DNA of 63,564 nt, filler included, from Collodictyon triciliatum (taxonomy: Eukaryota): assembly GCA_043381765.1 (NCBI GenBank). It is 9 parts of 9 records of this genome, joined end to end, with 100 filler letters (N's around TTAATTAATTAA, not from the genome) between each part and the next. Parts side by side here need not be neighbours in the genome. Positions count along the whole stretch, not along the records: positions 17,591 to 24,792 come from JBHJMP010004015.1; positions 24,893 to 32,090 come from JBHJMP010004016.1; positions 32,191 to 39,385 come from JBHJMP010004017.1; 6 more parts are not named here. The stretch is one strand, 5' to 3'. How positions within the stretch are numbered: position 1 is the first letter of the stretch; each line of letters begins with the position of its first letter. Of the stretch, positions 23,815 through 36,600 are shown in pieces. The notes under the pieces are model-generated. The model did no database searches. It saw only the letters and a program-made list of their open reading frames with translations, and was not told the DNA's origin. The position numbers and the translations under genes were made by a program.

Positions 23815-25036
23815 TCTGCATCGACCAGGAGGTTTTGATCAGTATGTCTATCAACCTTTTACATGTAACTAAGCTTCTTATATTACTCCGACCATAAACG
23901 ATTCTCCTTTTCTCCCTTGGCCTTTATGATTATTGTTTAGTGGGATATAACGCGACAAGGTGATTAGTTACAAGAGAGCCACGACTGCTCCTGAGAAGTT
24001 TACCGGCTTCTTGGTTTCCAACCTGTCTGCATCAGGTGGTTGAGTATTGCGTGATGGTCTCGCAGGGTTGTGCAAAGCGTTGTGTTGTGCGGAGCATTAC
24101 GGACATTCCTAGTTTGAATAGTTCTGTCGCGGAGAGTGTTAATTCACTGATTTCTTTTTTATACTACTGCCGCCATTAAAGGACACGCGCCGAAGTGAGG
24201 GAATAGCTGCACGTTTGATATCACCGATAAGTGTTTGGCATATAATCGCACAAACATAGAGGCAGACTAGTAGATATACTGGTATATGTATATGTGCGAT
24301 ATTTCAACTATGTTGTCTAGCAATAAACTGTTGAAATGAGACCAAATATATATGATTTTAAAAATCATCCTGCACAAAATCGAAAGGAAGAATAAAAAAA
24401 AAATATGATTTTAAAAATGAACTGATATACAATTAAAAGTTTTGCAGAACTAATATCAATTGAGCTTTAATTGGCTCAAACACACACATGTTTTTTTTTT
24501 TGTTTCAATACTTTTTTTTTATTTATGGCCTTGTTTATCGATACAGTATTTTTGGCGAAAATAGAGGACGGTAAACAAAGCAAAATAGGGAATATATCAA
24601 AACCGTAGATTTTTGGATACTTGAAAATTTAGTTTAAAGGTCGAAGGCGCGAATCACATTCTGAAACAGAATCGTGTTGGTTCCCGGTATGAGAATCATC
24701 GTCCCAGGAGCGGAAAGAATTATAGGGATTTAATTTTTTTTTCTTAGGGATTTGTTGACTCAACTTTGTAATCTATGATGAGGCGCCGAAAANNNNNNNN
24801 NNNNNNNNNNNNNNNNNNNNNNNNNNNNNNNNNNNNTTAATTAATTAANNNNNNNNNNNNNNNNNNNNNNNNNNNNNNNNNNNNNNNNNNNNAAAAAAGA
24901 CATAAAAAAAGACATAAAAAAAGACATAAAAAAAGACATAAAAAAAGACATAAAAAAAGACATAAAAAAAGACATAAAAAAAGACATAAAATGACACACT
25001 GGACATTCTGCCGAAAATGAACACCAGCAGATCGGA

Positions 25037-28000
25037 ATGCCACAGGCGCCAGTTCCGCCCAGACCCGTCCGCTCGGCCGGGCTCCTTGTGCTGCTGGCAT
25101 GTCTCGCGCACAGTGCGATCTGCGCCCCAAACGCCACAGTCCAGGGTGGCGTCCCGCTTGAAGATCCGTTCATCCCGGTGCTCTACGAGCTGGTCCAGTG
25201 TCCCGGAACAACGGACGAAAGCTGCAAATGCCCACAGACACTGGGGTATCCCTGTTCGGCCGGCTCCTACTGTCTCTTAGACCCCTCTGCGGGTGAAAAT
25301 ACCGTGGAGGAGTGCACGGGAGGTTTGTCTCTGTCCGCCGCAACTTTCTTCGTCGCCCCTGTGCATGCTTGGATGGGTGTTTGATGAGTGCTTGATGGGT
25401 GTTTGATGAGTGTTTGATGAGTGTTCGATGGATGTTTGATGGGTGTTTGATGAGTGTGTGATGAGTGTTTGATGGGTATTTGATGGGTGTTTGATGGGTG
25501 TTTGATGGGTGTTTGATGGGTATTTGATGGGTGTTTGATGGATGTTTGATGAGTGTTTGATGAGTGTTTGATGAGTGTTTGATGGGTGTTTGATGAGTGT
25601 TCGATGAGTGTTTGATGAGTGTTTGATGGGTGTTTGATGAGTGTGTGATGAGTGTTTGATGGGTATTTGATGGGTGTTTGATGGGTGTTCGATGGATGTT
25701 TGATGGGTGTTTGATGGGTATTTGATGGGTGTTTGATGGGTGTTTGATGGATGTTTGATGGATGTTTGATGAGTGTTTGATGAGTGTCTGATGAGTGTTT
25801 GATGAGTGTCTGATGACGATTTTAATTATATCAGGAATGTATTGCCCGCCAAACTCTGCGCAATCCATCTATTGCTGCCCGGGCCATTATTGCCCATCCC
25901 CCACAGAGATATATGTTTGTCCGTCTGGTCACTTCTGTCATACAGGATTGATGGAGCCCACCAGTAAGCCACATTTTTTTGTATCCACTCCATAACGTTT
26001 CCCTTTCGATAGTATAGCATATATTTTGATCGCATACATCGGCACTGACATTGAGACTGCTATTAGTACTGATCGACGTAAAATTATATTTTATTTCATC
26101 TTAAATAGAGTGTGCTCCTCTTTCGCATTGTCCTGAAGGTTCAGACAAGGAAAATCGGGTCGGGTCGCTGGTTGTCTTTCTCTTCATCGCAGCCATCATC
26201 GTGATTGGGTATCATATTGCACAGTATTGGAGCAGGCTTCGACGGAATCGAAAGATTCAGGAGATTCAGGAGTTTGTCGTCTTTCTATAAATAATGCTGA
26301 ATTTAGTTTCCCATTTATTGCATAAAACAGCTGTTTTTCTTTCTTAAGTACCTACTTCATTTATAAATAAATCGTTATTTCCATCTTTCTCTCATGGCTG
26401 CTTACTTTTTATTTATACCATACTCTTTTGCAAAGAAAAAGAATTTCTTGTATTCATGGAGCAATCCTTGAGGTTAAAATACCAATTTTTCGCTTTTGAT
26501 TATCTGTGTTATATTTTCAGGTCTAAAAGGAAAAGAATCGAGGCGCAGAAAAGCATCATTATGAACCTGGATAGTAAGGAAACTACTTACACAATCACTT
26601 TCCGCGAATTGGGACTTACACTTCCAAACGGACGCCAAATCATGAACGGTGTCAACGGAGAGTTGCTCCCAAACCAAGTGACCGCTGTGATGGGTTTGCT
26701 ACATCTTGATTTTGTTCAAACACCAATAACCAATTTACCAGCACATACGATTATTCATTGACGATGTTTCACTTGCTTCGATATCTGAGAGGAAGTAAAT
26801 ATATATCAATAGCATAGATGAGGGAATAATTCTGCTTTCTATGCGTTTTATTTTTATTGTAAAATAGGTCCCAGTGGTGCAGGAAAAACAACATTCTTGT
26901 CCCTTATATCTGGTAAAGTAAAGAAGACACAAGGAACGATTTCTATCAACGGAAAAGCTGAGCCCAACGGTGTCTCTCCATACAAAAAGCTGGTTGGATT
27001 TGTACCCCAGGAAGATGTTATGCTCAGAACGATGACAGTGAAGGTTTGATGAATTACTTATACTTTTAATTTGAAAGTCAACATGTCATTCATGTTTCCA
27101 CCGCACTGGATTTTGTTTTTAACCGAACTCATTTCACAGGTCTGTTAAACTCTCTCTGAGACCAATTGAAGCTCCGCTCATCACAGAACATTATGATATA
27201 CACGTATACGTCACCGAATCTAATTTGACATTTTTTTACAGGAAAATCTTTATTTCAGTGCGCAATATCGGCTTCCAGCCTCTTATACTGACGAGCAAAT
27301 CAAGAAGCGTGTCCTCGAAGTATTATCAATCCCCTCTATTTCGGTACAAATTCGCAAGTTTAGATTCTGAAACATAATTTTTGTAGGTGATCGACATTCT
27401 CGGTTTAATCGATATCATGTACTCTGTCATCGGAGACGAAAGAAAGCGTGGTGTGAGTGGAGGTCAGAGAAAGCGAGTTAATATTGGAATGGAGTTGGTT
27501 GCCGATCCTTCCATCCTTTTTCTGGACGAGCCAACATCTGGTATAAACCCCACTAATATTACCACACGAAACAAACATCATCGAGAAATCTCTATTTCGT
27601 GTTTTTTTTTTTATAAAAATTTTTATCTGTGACCTTGTGCTGAATTTCACATCACTCCTTTTTTATTTTACAGATAGCATACCAATTGCTCCGCATGTTT
27701 ACTTTCTCCCCTGTTTATCTTTCCCAGTTTTTTAATCGCTTCACTCATACATTTACAGGTCTAGACAGCACTTCTTCTGAAGAGGTTTGCAAGTGCCTAA
27801 GCAAAGTCTCAAGGCTCGGACTCACCATCGCCACCGTTATCCATCAACCTCGTTACGAGATTTTCGCGATGTTTGACCGTGTCCTGTTGTTGGGAAAGGG
27901 CGGTCGCACTGTTTACGAAGGCCCATGCAGTAGAGCATTGTCTTACTTTACAAAACTCGGATTCATTTTGCCTCCTCACAGCAACCCCGCTGATTTGTAA

Positions 28001-30626
28001 GAACTTCGAGTGGACATATCGCCTTTACATTTGAAGCAATATATTTTGATAGTATTTGTTCCTTATCGAAAATCGACTTTCTTTTATACTGAATTGTACA
28101 TTTTTTGTGTTCGAAAAGTTTCTAAAATACATTCTTTTGTATCACGACTATTCAAAGCTACATGGACATTATATCTGGTGTGGCACCAAAGTATTCAAAG
28201 GTAGCTTTCACGAAAGAAGGTTTGAATCGTTACTCTATTCTATAATTTCATGTTATGTTTTTTGTATGTGTCTATTTCCCATTTTCCATTTTCCATTTTC
28301 AAGCAGTGTGTTGCATTTTGAAAACCAGGTGTTTTCCTTATGAGTTTCATTTATAACGTTGTGTCACCAGATTTTGAAACATTGAGCGTAAAGCAAACTG
28401 TGCTTCTTCTTGTCCACAACAAGCTTCCTATCAGTATTGCTGATGAAGTCATGAGCCGCGAACTCACTACCAAGAGACTCTCTGAGATGCCAGAGGCTGA
28501 GATACTCTCCATTTTCAAAGCCAATGCGCACTTGGTGTTGGACCTAATTAAGAACCCATCCAAATGTAAGTGTCCTTTAATATTCTATCTATGAATGCGC
28601 AAGTTCACAGGGAGATACACAAATCGGCTCACTGTCATGTAGCCGCAGTACTTTCTATATTTACAGCCTTTCCATTTGGCAGATACGTTTGTTCAGGAAG
28701 AAACAGAGTTTGCCAAGGAACAGCTGTTCGAATTATGGGACCGAAGTTCCGGATTGTTCAGTCAGGATACAAACTACAGTCTTTTGGACTCATTCCATCT
28801 CGATATCCCCTTCCTTACTGACCTTTACGTTGATGTAAAGTCTTGGATAATTGAGACCTATCAAGAGACCAAAGAGCTCTTCGAGGCAGAGACACTTCGC
28901 AAAACCCCGGGGTTCGGTGCCCAGTTCATCTTTTGCCTGAGACGGGCGATTCTTCAGACATACAGTGACTACAACAAACTGTTTTTGGACAATATCCTGC
29001 ATCTGTTCGCCGGGCTTTTCCTTGGTATCGCATCTCGAAGTCTCGAATATATCGGACCTCTTTCCAACAACCTGCAGGTTCTCTGCCCTTTCGAATTGTT
29101 GCGCCGTGCAAAATGCTATATGCCCTTGGAAGATAACTTTACTCAGTCTGGAAGTAAGTCTACAGATTTATTGATACATGCAATGCGCAGTAGAACCTGC
29201 TTAAAATTACTCATGACGAACCTTGTCCCCTTTCCCTTCTTTCTTTATAATTCGTTCCCTGTTGTCTGAATCTTGACATTTTGCACATTAGATCTCATGA
29301 CCTGGGCTATCGGTAAATTCAACACTACTTATTGATGTATGCAGCTTGTGACAATTCTCACTAAATACTACATATGCCTATTCAATAAAGGATTCGCCGG
29401 CATCGCGGGCGGTTCAGGAACATTTGGAAATGAAAAGATTGTTTACTGGAGAGATGCCTCTTCTGGCATGAACACGCTCAGTTATTACCTCGCCAAAATT
29501 GTATGCGACCTTCCCAGAATGGTTTGCGCTCACATTTTAAACCACTTTTGCATATTTTTATATGACGTCTTGCTACTTCAACATAGAAGTAATTTTCTTT
29601 TATTAATTCAATCAACTTATAAAATCGTTCTATTGATTATTCTCTTGCGACAAGATTAAACGCATGTTATCTATATAAGCTATGTAATCGAAAATCCATT
29701 CAAAATTCTATCTACAATAGATATTGGCCTCCAGTTGCTTCTTTTTCGCCTACATCCTTGCGTTTTCCATCGTCGGGGACACAGGCGAGTTGTTTTTGCT
29801 GGTACTGTCCTTGTATTGGTCCGGATTCAGCTGTGGGTATGAGGCCATTCTAAAAAATAAAATAACAGCAACATTTAGTTGAAGACACGCATGAATCACA
29901 GATGTTCGCGCTATCTGGCAATTTCATATATTTGCGTCGGGTGTGAATGATTTTCCTATACGTTTAACATACTTACGAGCGCTTCAAATACCATTGCACG
30001 AAAAACCTAGCTACGTCATCTCTCAGCTCGTTCATGTGGAGCTGGCTCCCCTAGTTGGTGTTGCTTTCGCTCTTGTCTGGTCTGTGGTTTTTTCTGGGAC
30101 CAACCCTCGACTTCCTGACGTCCCTGAAGACTATGGAGACAATGCCATGTTCTTTTGGGACATCTCATATGCTCGGTATTTATCCGAATATTTCTACTTT
30201 CAACTCCTTTTGACATTAGTGTGCTTTTATTCAATAGCTCTGCATATGATGAAACAACTCTTCTTTTTTCTTTTTTTCCCTTTTTGGTTGAGACAAGAGA
30301 GACTAACCAACCCTTATTTTCCATAGCTGGGGCATCGAGGCCTTCTATCTCATCAACGTGAAGCCCTTCGACCATATGGAAGTGGACCGCGCACTTGACG
30401 CATGGTAATAGGCACATCCACCCACCTACTCGCCATGCAAAGACAGACTGACCTTTGGGTTTAGCTCTCCCTTCGCTCTTTGCTCACACCACCTTTCTAT
30501 CTGATAAGGGGCTACCATCTCAACAACTTTGGCAACTGCATCCTGAAGGTCTTTGGAATCGGGCTGATGTGGCAGGTCATCGGCTTTTTGCTCATCACCT
30601 TCCGCTACAAGGAAAAGAAGAAGTAG
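25037..30626 (+). CDS. ABCG (White/WBC) half-transporter with N-terminal signal peptide and Cys-rich ectodomain
   Basis: Walker A GPSGAGKT (split by an intron), FVPQED, signature [10 protein letters not shown], Walker [22 protein letters not shown], then ABC2 membrane domain; N-terminal C..G.YCP repeats and one TM; about 17 exons; stop TAG 30624-30626. Confidence 0.95.
25369..25815. repeat. 12-bp minisatellite (GTGTTTGATGRR-type) in ABCG intron 1
   Basis: About 37 degenerate 12-mer units between donor 25323 and acceptor 25834. Confidence 0.95.
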
Positions 30627-30872
30627 GCCAAAAAACCTCACCCAGGCCATCCAAGGAGGCGAACGAGACATGATTTCCCGATATCCTCATTCTTTATTTC
30701 TCACTGGATTTGGTCCCGTCTTTCTCCCAAATGACAGACAAACCCTAACCTCAAAACTCTTTCTCTGAAGTCCGGGCAAAAAAAGTAAAAAAAAAAAAAG
30801 CCAAGCAACACGGATGGAACCATGAAACAGTCAAGAGGCCTCAACGAGCAGGACTTTATCTCGGGATGCACA

Positions 30873-31917
30873 TCAGCCCCATAAGTACTCATAGGCACAG
30901 CTTTCAAACATGTCGACGTTGCTGTATCCCGGGGCCGAGAGTGTTGTCACACACGCCGTGTATGCACCTGAGCCTGGCGAGGGCTTTGTGAAGCCAAACA
31001 CGCCGGACGAGGATGTTTCTCCGCTGGAGTGCGACGTGACTGTCACGCCCGTGTCAAGCTCTGCCCTCAGCGAAATCGCAACCTACCAGCAAAGGGAAGA
31101 CGAATCGTGGATTCAGTCTTGCATCACACGAATTTCTTATGACAAAAGGACAAGAGATAGGGAGAAGGAGAGAAGGAGAGAAGGAGAGATAGGATGAAAA
31201 GGAAAACTAAAAGAAACAAATGATATCGTTGAATTCATGTGTTTGCAGTGCATGCGCTTTGGATATGTCCTATATCCTTTCGTACCGACGCGCCCGCAAC
31301 CGCAACGTTTCTTCCCAAGTCGATGACTTGAGTGGAGACCATGACAGAACGAGTCATTTCGTTGTAGACAATCTTCACAGTCTTCATCGAGAGATACTCT
31401 AAGTGATAATTCCACATAAAAACAACGGCATATTTGCCAGGTGCACTGCGTTGGAGACATGGTTTGCGATTATGCGATATACAACCGGGAGACTCACTGA
31501 TGCCTCTGGTGACTGCATCAACGAAAGGAAGGGCTGCCTTTGCGTCGCCATAAACCCCAGGGAAGCCAGGCTCAGCGCATCCATAGCCGAAGCTCGAGTC
31601 TCCAACAACAATCGGGTTCCCGTCGTTCTGGTATCAATAAAACTGGTTATGGAAGCGACAAGCGAATATAGAGTTTCAAACAGTAAGGGAAATATATATC
31701 AGCTAGCTAAAGAAAACGTGAGGAAAATGGGTTTGCTTGCCATGATAAAGATAGGGCCACCACTATCTCCTTGGCATGTATCGACGCCCCCGAGTGGATA
31801 TCCAGCGCACAGCATCGAGTCGTGGACTATAGGAAAGCCGTAAGCTTGGGCACACTGTTGCTTGTTAACAATCGGCACATCCGCATGAAGCAACACTGGG
31901 GAGGCATAGCCACGATA
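30873..31917 (-). CDS. Trypsin-family (S1A) serine protease, 3' part, with C-terminal beta-rich domain
   Basis: Exons 31917-31741, 31627-31286, 31082-30873: [21 protein letters not shown]...[20 protein letters not shown]; Asp in the S1 pocket (DTCQGDSGG). Confidence 0.92.
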
Positions 31918-31992
31918 CTAATCCAACATATTAAAATATCGAATCAATAACATTTCGACTCAAATAAAGTCTAAACATAGAGTAAGGGAGGA

Positions 31993-32090
31993 GTAAAGAA
32001 GTAAAGAAGTAAAGAAGTAAAGAAGTAAAGAAGTAAAGAAGTAAAGAAGTAAAGAAGTAAAGAAGTAAAGAAGTAAAGAAGTAAAGAAGT
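31993..32090. repeat. (GTAAAGAA)n microsatellite
   Basis: Octamer array at scaffold end. Confidence 0.95.
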
Positions 32091-33648
32091 NNNNNNNNNN
32101 NNNNNNNNNNNNNNNNNNNNNNNNNNNNNNNNNNTTAATTAATTAANNNNNNNNNNNNNNNNNNNNNNNNNNNNNNNNNNNNNNNNNNNNCTCCTCTCCA
32201 TCCTTATTTTTAAACCAGCTCGATTTTTGGATAAGAAGAATAGAGAGCTGCTTTTTGAGTATTGGCCATTCCGCCTCGATGGGCGCATCACCTAAGGTGT
32301 TGAAGTAAGCTCTGGGCTTGTTTTGTATGTTTTCTATCGACTTGGAGTCATTGAATACCCTCCAGTTTATATACCTCGCCTGCCATTCACATCCACCGGC
32401 CGAATCGATGTGAGCCAGGGGTTTAATATATGTTCAGACAACGCAGAGTTATGAATTGTACTTTAATTGCTGAAGGAGTTTCTTGAGTGGTTTGAGGAGC
32501 CATGATGCATGAGGCTGGTGGATGTGGTTTGCTGGATTCCATAACACTGTGCCCTGATTCTGGTTCATGTTGGCTTGGTCTACCCTTTCCTAAATATCTA
32601 CCTGATAACTTGAAAGTGGATTTGATGAGATATCATCGACTTGAGGGGTTGGTAATTTTGGAGACTGATGATGTCTCCTCACTCCCTCGATAAAGAGATT
32701 CAATGGGTGATATGGCTTCCTCCGTTTTGATTGGAGAACTTGAAGAAACACGTTCAGACAAATCGAATGGTGATTCATCCATATTTTTGGTATCCCCTTC
32801 TTGGCTTTGAAGCCGTTCATGAACTTTTGTTTTTGAATAAGACTTCAAGTACTTTGTCCTTGGGTATCTTGTCACAATTTCTCCCTCTTATATTAGAAGA
32901 CGAAGCGCCTTTCCTTTGTCCTTGTTGTTGGGCTCTAGAATTGTTATCCTTTATTCAATTCAAGTGAAGAAAAGGGTTTTAGATTTTTTACAGCCCAACA
33001 TTATTGTTTGCACCTTGGTTGAAGGCAGTGGTGCATGTCAGTTAATGGTGCAGGCCAGCAGGTTACAGAATCTGGATTCATGACCCATCGCTATGCACCC
33101 GAGAGGGTCGAGAATAGTTTCAACTCTAAAGAGCAGCGACTACCAGGGGCCCTGGCCTGGATTCGATCTGAGACCAAATTTTCCCAGGAGGCGAATGATG
33201 ACTGTCACCAATATACTTATAGTCTTACTGGACTCCACCGATTGTTTGAATTAAAGCATGCCAGTACAAATAATATGAGGTGTCAATAAGCCTCCTTTGT
33301 CCAAATAAGCATTTTCTTTAGTTTAATATGATAATTATTATAAAACTGAATAATTAATTGTAATTAAAGTGTATAAACATACTATTCGCAGCATGAATAT
33401 TATGATGGACTTTCTTTTTTTAAAAAAATTATTGAACTGCAAACCGCATTGAAAAAATAATTTATAGTCCTTAGCTTCAATTAACCGAAAAATTATGTTA
33501 TTTTATTTAATAAAATGAAAGACAACATGAAGTGTTTTCGTTAAACAGTAATTTTTTTTTATTAATTGTGATTGAAGTATTTTCTCGTTTCCCTTCAGTT
33601 AATTCAACGGCTTTTATTGGTCCTAGTTAAACTGGTAGGACTCTAGTA

Positions 33649-36600
33649 TTAATCAAGATAAGGGTCAAATTTGTCTTTTCTATTTAGACTTCGCATCTTT
33701 ATCAAATTTCTCTTCAATTTATTATCCCGAAATAGTGGAATAACAAAACCATTTAATGTAAATAACAGAAGCCACAGTGAATTCAAAATAATAATTAGTC
33801 CAGTAATCCACATTTTTGCACCAAGAAAGCTTGATAGGAGGGCCAAGAACAATGACACAAAAATAATGTACAAACTTGATAGTTCCATTCGATTTTCTAT
33901 TTGATGCTTATAGGGTTTGTACTCTTTTTGCATCCAAATAGATCCCTGCATGATTTTGGATGAGATAATATCGAAAAAATTAACGTGTAATGAGCAAACC
34001 TGAATAATGATGACAAGCAGGAGGAAGAAAACTGATGGACTTGTGTACGGAATCACACTTATTGTGAAAGAGAATGCAATGCGGCGGGACATGATGATTA
34101 ATTCCCAGTACCTACAACTCTGGACATATAAAATTATCTTATTAAAGGTTTGAAATCCGTGATATCTGCACCAAGCAATTTCATACCTCCTTATAAGGCA
34201 GGTAAAGAAATCCATATCGTGCTCCCGGTTCATAACCAGGCCTATCAAACATAACTCTTACTTTCCACCAGGCGAAAATCGGCAAACCAACCAGAAAAAT
34301 AACAAAAACTGGAACCGACATTCCAATTAATTTGATGTATTCCTTGGAAGCCGGACTGCATTGAATCCAAGGGGCGAAGTTCAAATACCATATATTTTCT
34401 CCATCCTCGTAAATTGTACACCCAAATACACCAAATACCTCTCTTGCAACTGAGTAGTATATAAAAAACAACATGTTCAAAGTGATGAAGACAGCCTGGA
34501 TTAATGTTAATTAGTTTTTTGATTATAAGATGTATTAAAGTATTCTTTTACACAGTTTTACCTTATTTTGAGTTCGCCCATATCCATAACGAAAGAAAAC
34601 GGAACCTATGATAATAAACCCGGGTATTCTTGAAAAACTCAACATTAAGTATTCAAAAGTATCATCAACTCCGTGTATGCAAGAAATATTTGGATATTGA
34701 ATAGAACCAATTGATGATACAATATTGATAAAACTGTTAGATTCATCTGAGTGAATAAGGCCTGATGAAACAATAGACAGAGTTTGCATATGGAACATTG
34801 TTATCCTCAGCTTTGCTAAAATAAGAAATATTTTTTGATTCAATTTAAAGTAATATGACGAAATATTATTGAATTATATATAAAAAATCGATTATTTTAT
34901 GAATAATTAATCACAAAAAACCTGAATTTGATGTCTCAGAGTAATAAAGATATGAAATTAGAATGAGAAGTCCAATAGAGCCAAGAATTAAAGTAGAATT
35001 AACAGTATTACTATCGCACTTCACGCATGACCTCCCTTGACTTCCATATCCATCCTTGCATTTAGAACATGCATGACCCTCATATCCATCCTCACAGTAA
35101 TGAATTATGACAAGAGTTGAATTTGATTTGGGATTTTTATCAGGAATAAAAGTTTGGCATGACTCTGGACGTGGACAAAGGTGAATAGAATTGACTTGAT
35201 TTACATTTGGGGAAGCATGACAGTTCTTTAACTTTACTCCGTCTGGGCAATCACACTCTCTTGGGCATTGAATGCAATTGTCACCAAACCCAAAGTATCC
35301 CGGTAAGCATTTGCAAAATTCATAGTCGTAGTAATTTGGATTTAGATCAACCCTCAGTCTCATCAGTCCAAGATCAGCCATAATTGATGGGCATATGTAA
35401 ATCTTTGATTCATCCTCCAAGTTGAATGGTGATGTATAATTCAAAAAATCGGGGAGAAAATTTGAACTTCCATGATTCATTAATGTGTTCTTTAATCCTA
35501 GATACTCCAGTTTAGAAAATTGATTATATGATTCAGGAATACTACCCAGAATGGGATTTCCTGAAAGTTCAAGGTAGTTCCATTTTAATGAATTAGTGAG
35601 CTTTGCAAGACTGGTCATGCGATTATTCTTCAAGCTCAAAAATTTCACATTAAGTAAGAAATCAAAGATCCACCAGTTCAAAGCTCCATGAAGCATGTTA
35701 TCATCAAGCATAAGATTTTCATAATAGTAATCAGTGTAATTCGAAAAAGGTACTATAAAGTCCCCAATATCACCAGAAAATAAATTATTTCTTAGATTTA
35801 TCGACACCAAATTTCGAATATTCCAAAATCGTTTGGGCATAACCCCAGAAAAGTAATTGTTAGACAAAGTTAACATCCTCAATTGTGAAAAATTCTCGAA
35901 GCACTTGGGCACTGAACTGTTCATATTATTTCTGGATAGATCTAGATATTGAATGGATGGAATTTTCCATATTCTAGGAATAGATCCGGTTACGTAGTTC
36001 TCTGCAATATCGAATTTTGTAAGCTTTGGTAAATCAAATACTGGTAGAGAACCACTGATTTTGTTTCTGAAAAGTACGAGCTCCTTCATTTGAGAGCAAA
36101 GTTCAAATTTTGGAATAATTCCTTCGATTTGGTTATCAAAAGCAGAGAAGTATTCCAAATTGCTCATATTGTTGAAATTAGGAACTGTCCCTATTTAAGA
36201 TATCTTCATGTTAAAATAACAACAAAAAAAATTAAAAATTTAGGACAACCTGTCAATAGATTTACGTCCAAATAAATCTTTTGAGCATTCCAAATCCTCG
36301 AAAAGTCAGGTACGGTGCCTACAGTACTATTTCAGTTAAATTGAAAGAGTATTTCCTTTTAAAAATAAAATTACCACTTAATCTGTTATTGTGAAGGTAA
36401 ATGCAAATTGCATTTTGCATGCTGTGAAAATCTGGTATTGTGCCTGTCAATTTAAATCAAAAATATCTCAATGTTAACACAAGATAGGCAAATTTTGTTA
36501 CCATTCATTATTTAATGCCGTTTACAATTATTTTTGTTGAACCATCACCTGTAAGATGATTATTTCTCAGTGATATGTATCTGACGTTTTTTAAGTATCC

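Noticed and set aside
25170-25868. 232-aa His-rich repeat ORF, or CRISPR-like array
   Set aside because: Antisense reading of an intronic minisatellite; no unique spacers and no cas genes
31272-31280. ATATCCTTT U12-type 5' splice consensus
   Set aside because: On the strand opposite the trypsin gene, inside an ordinary GT-AG intron
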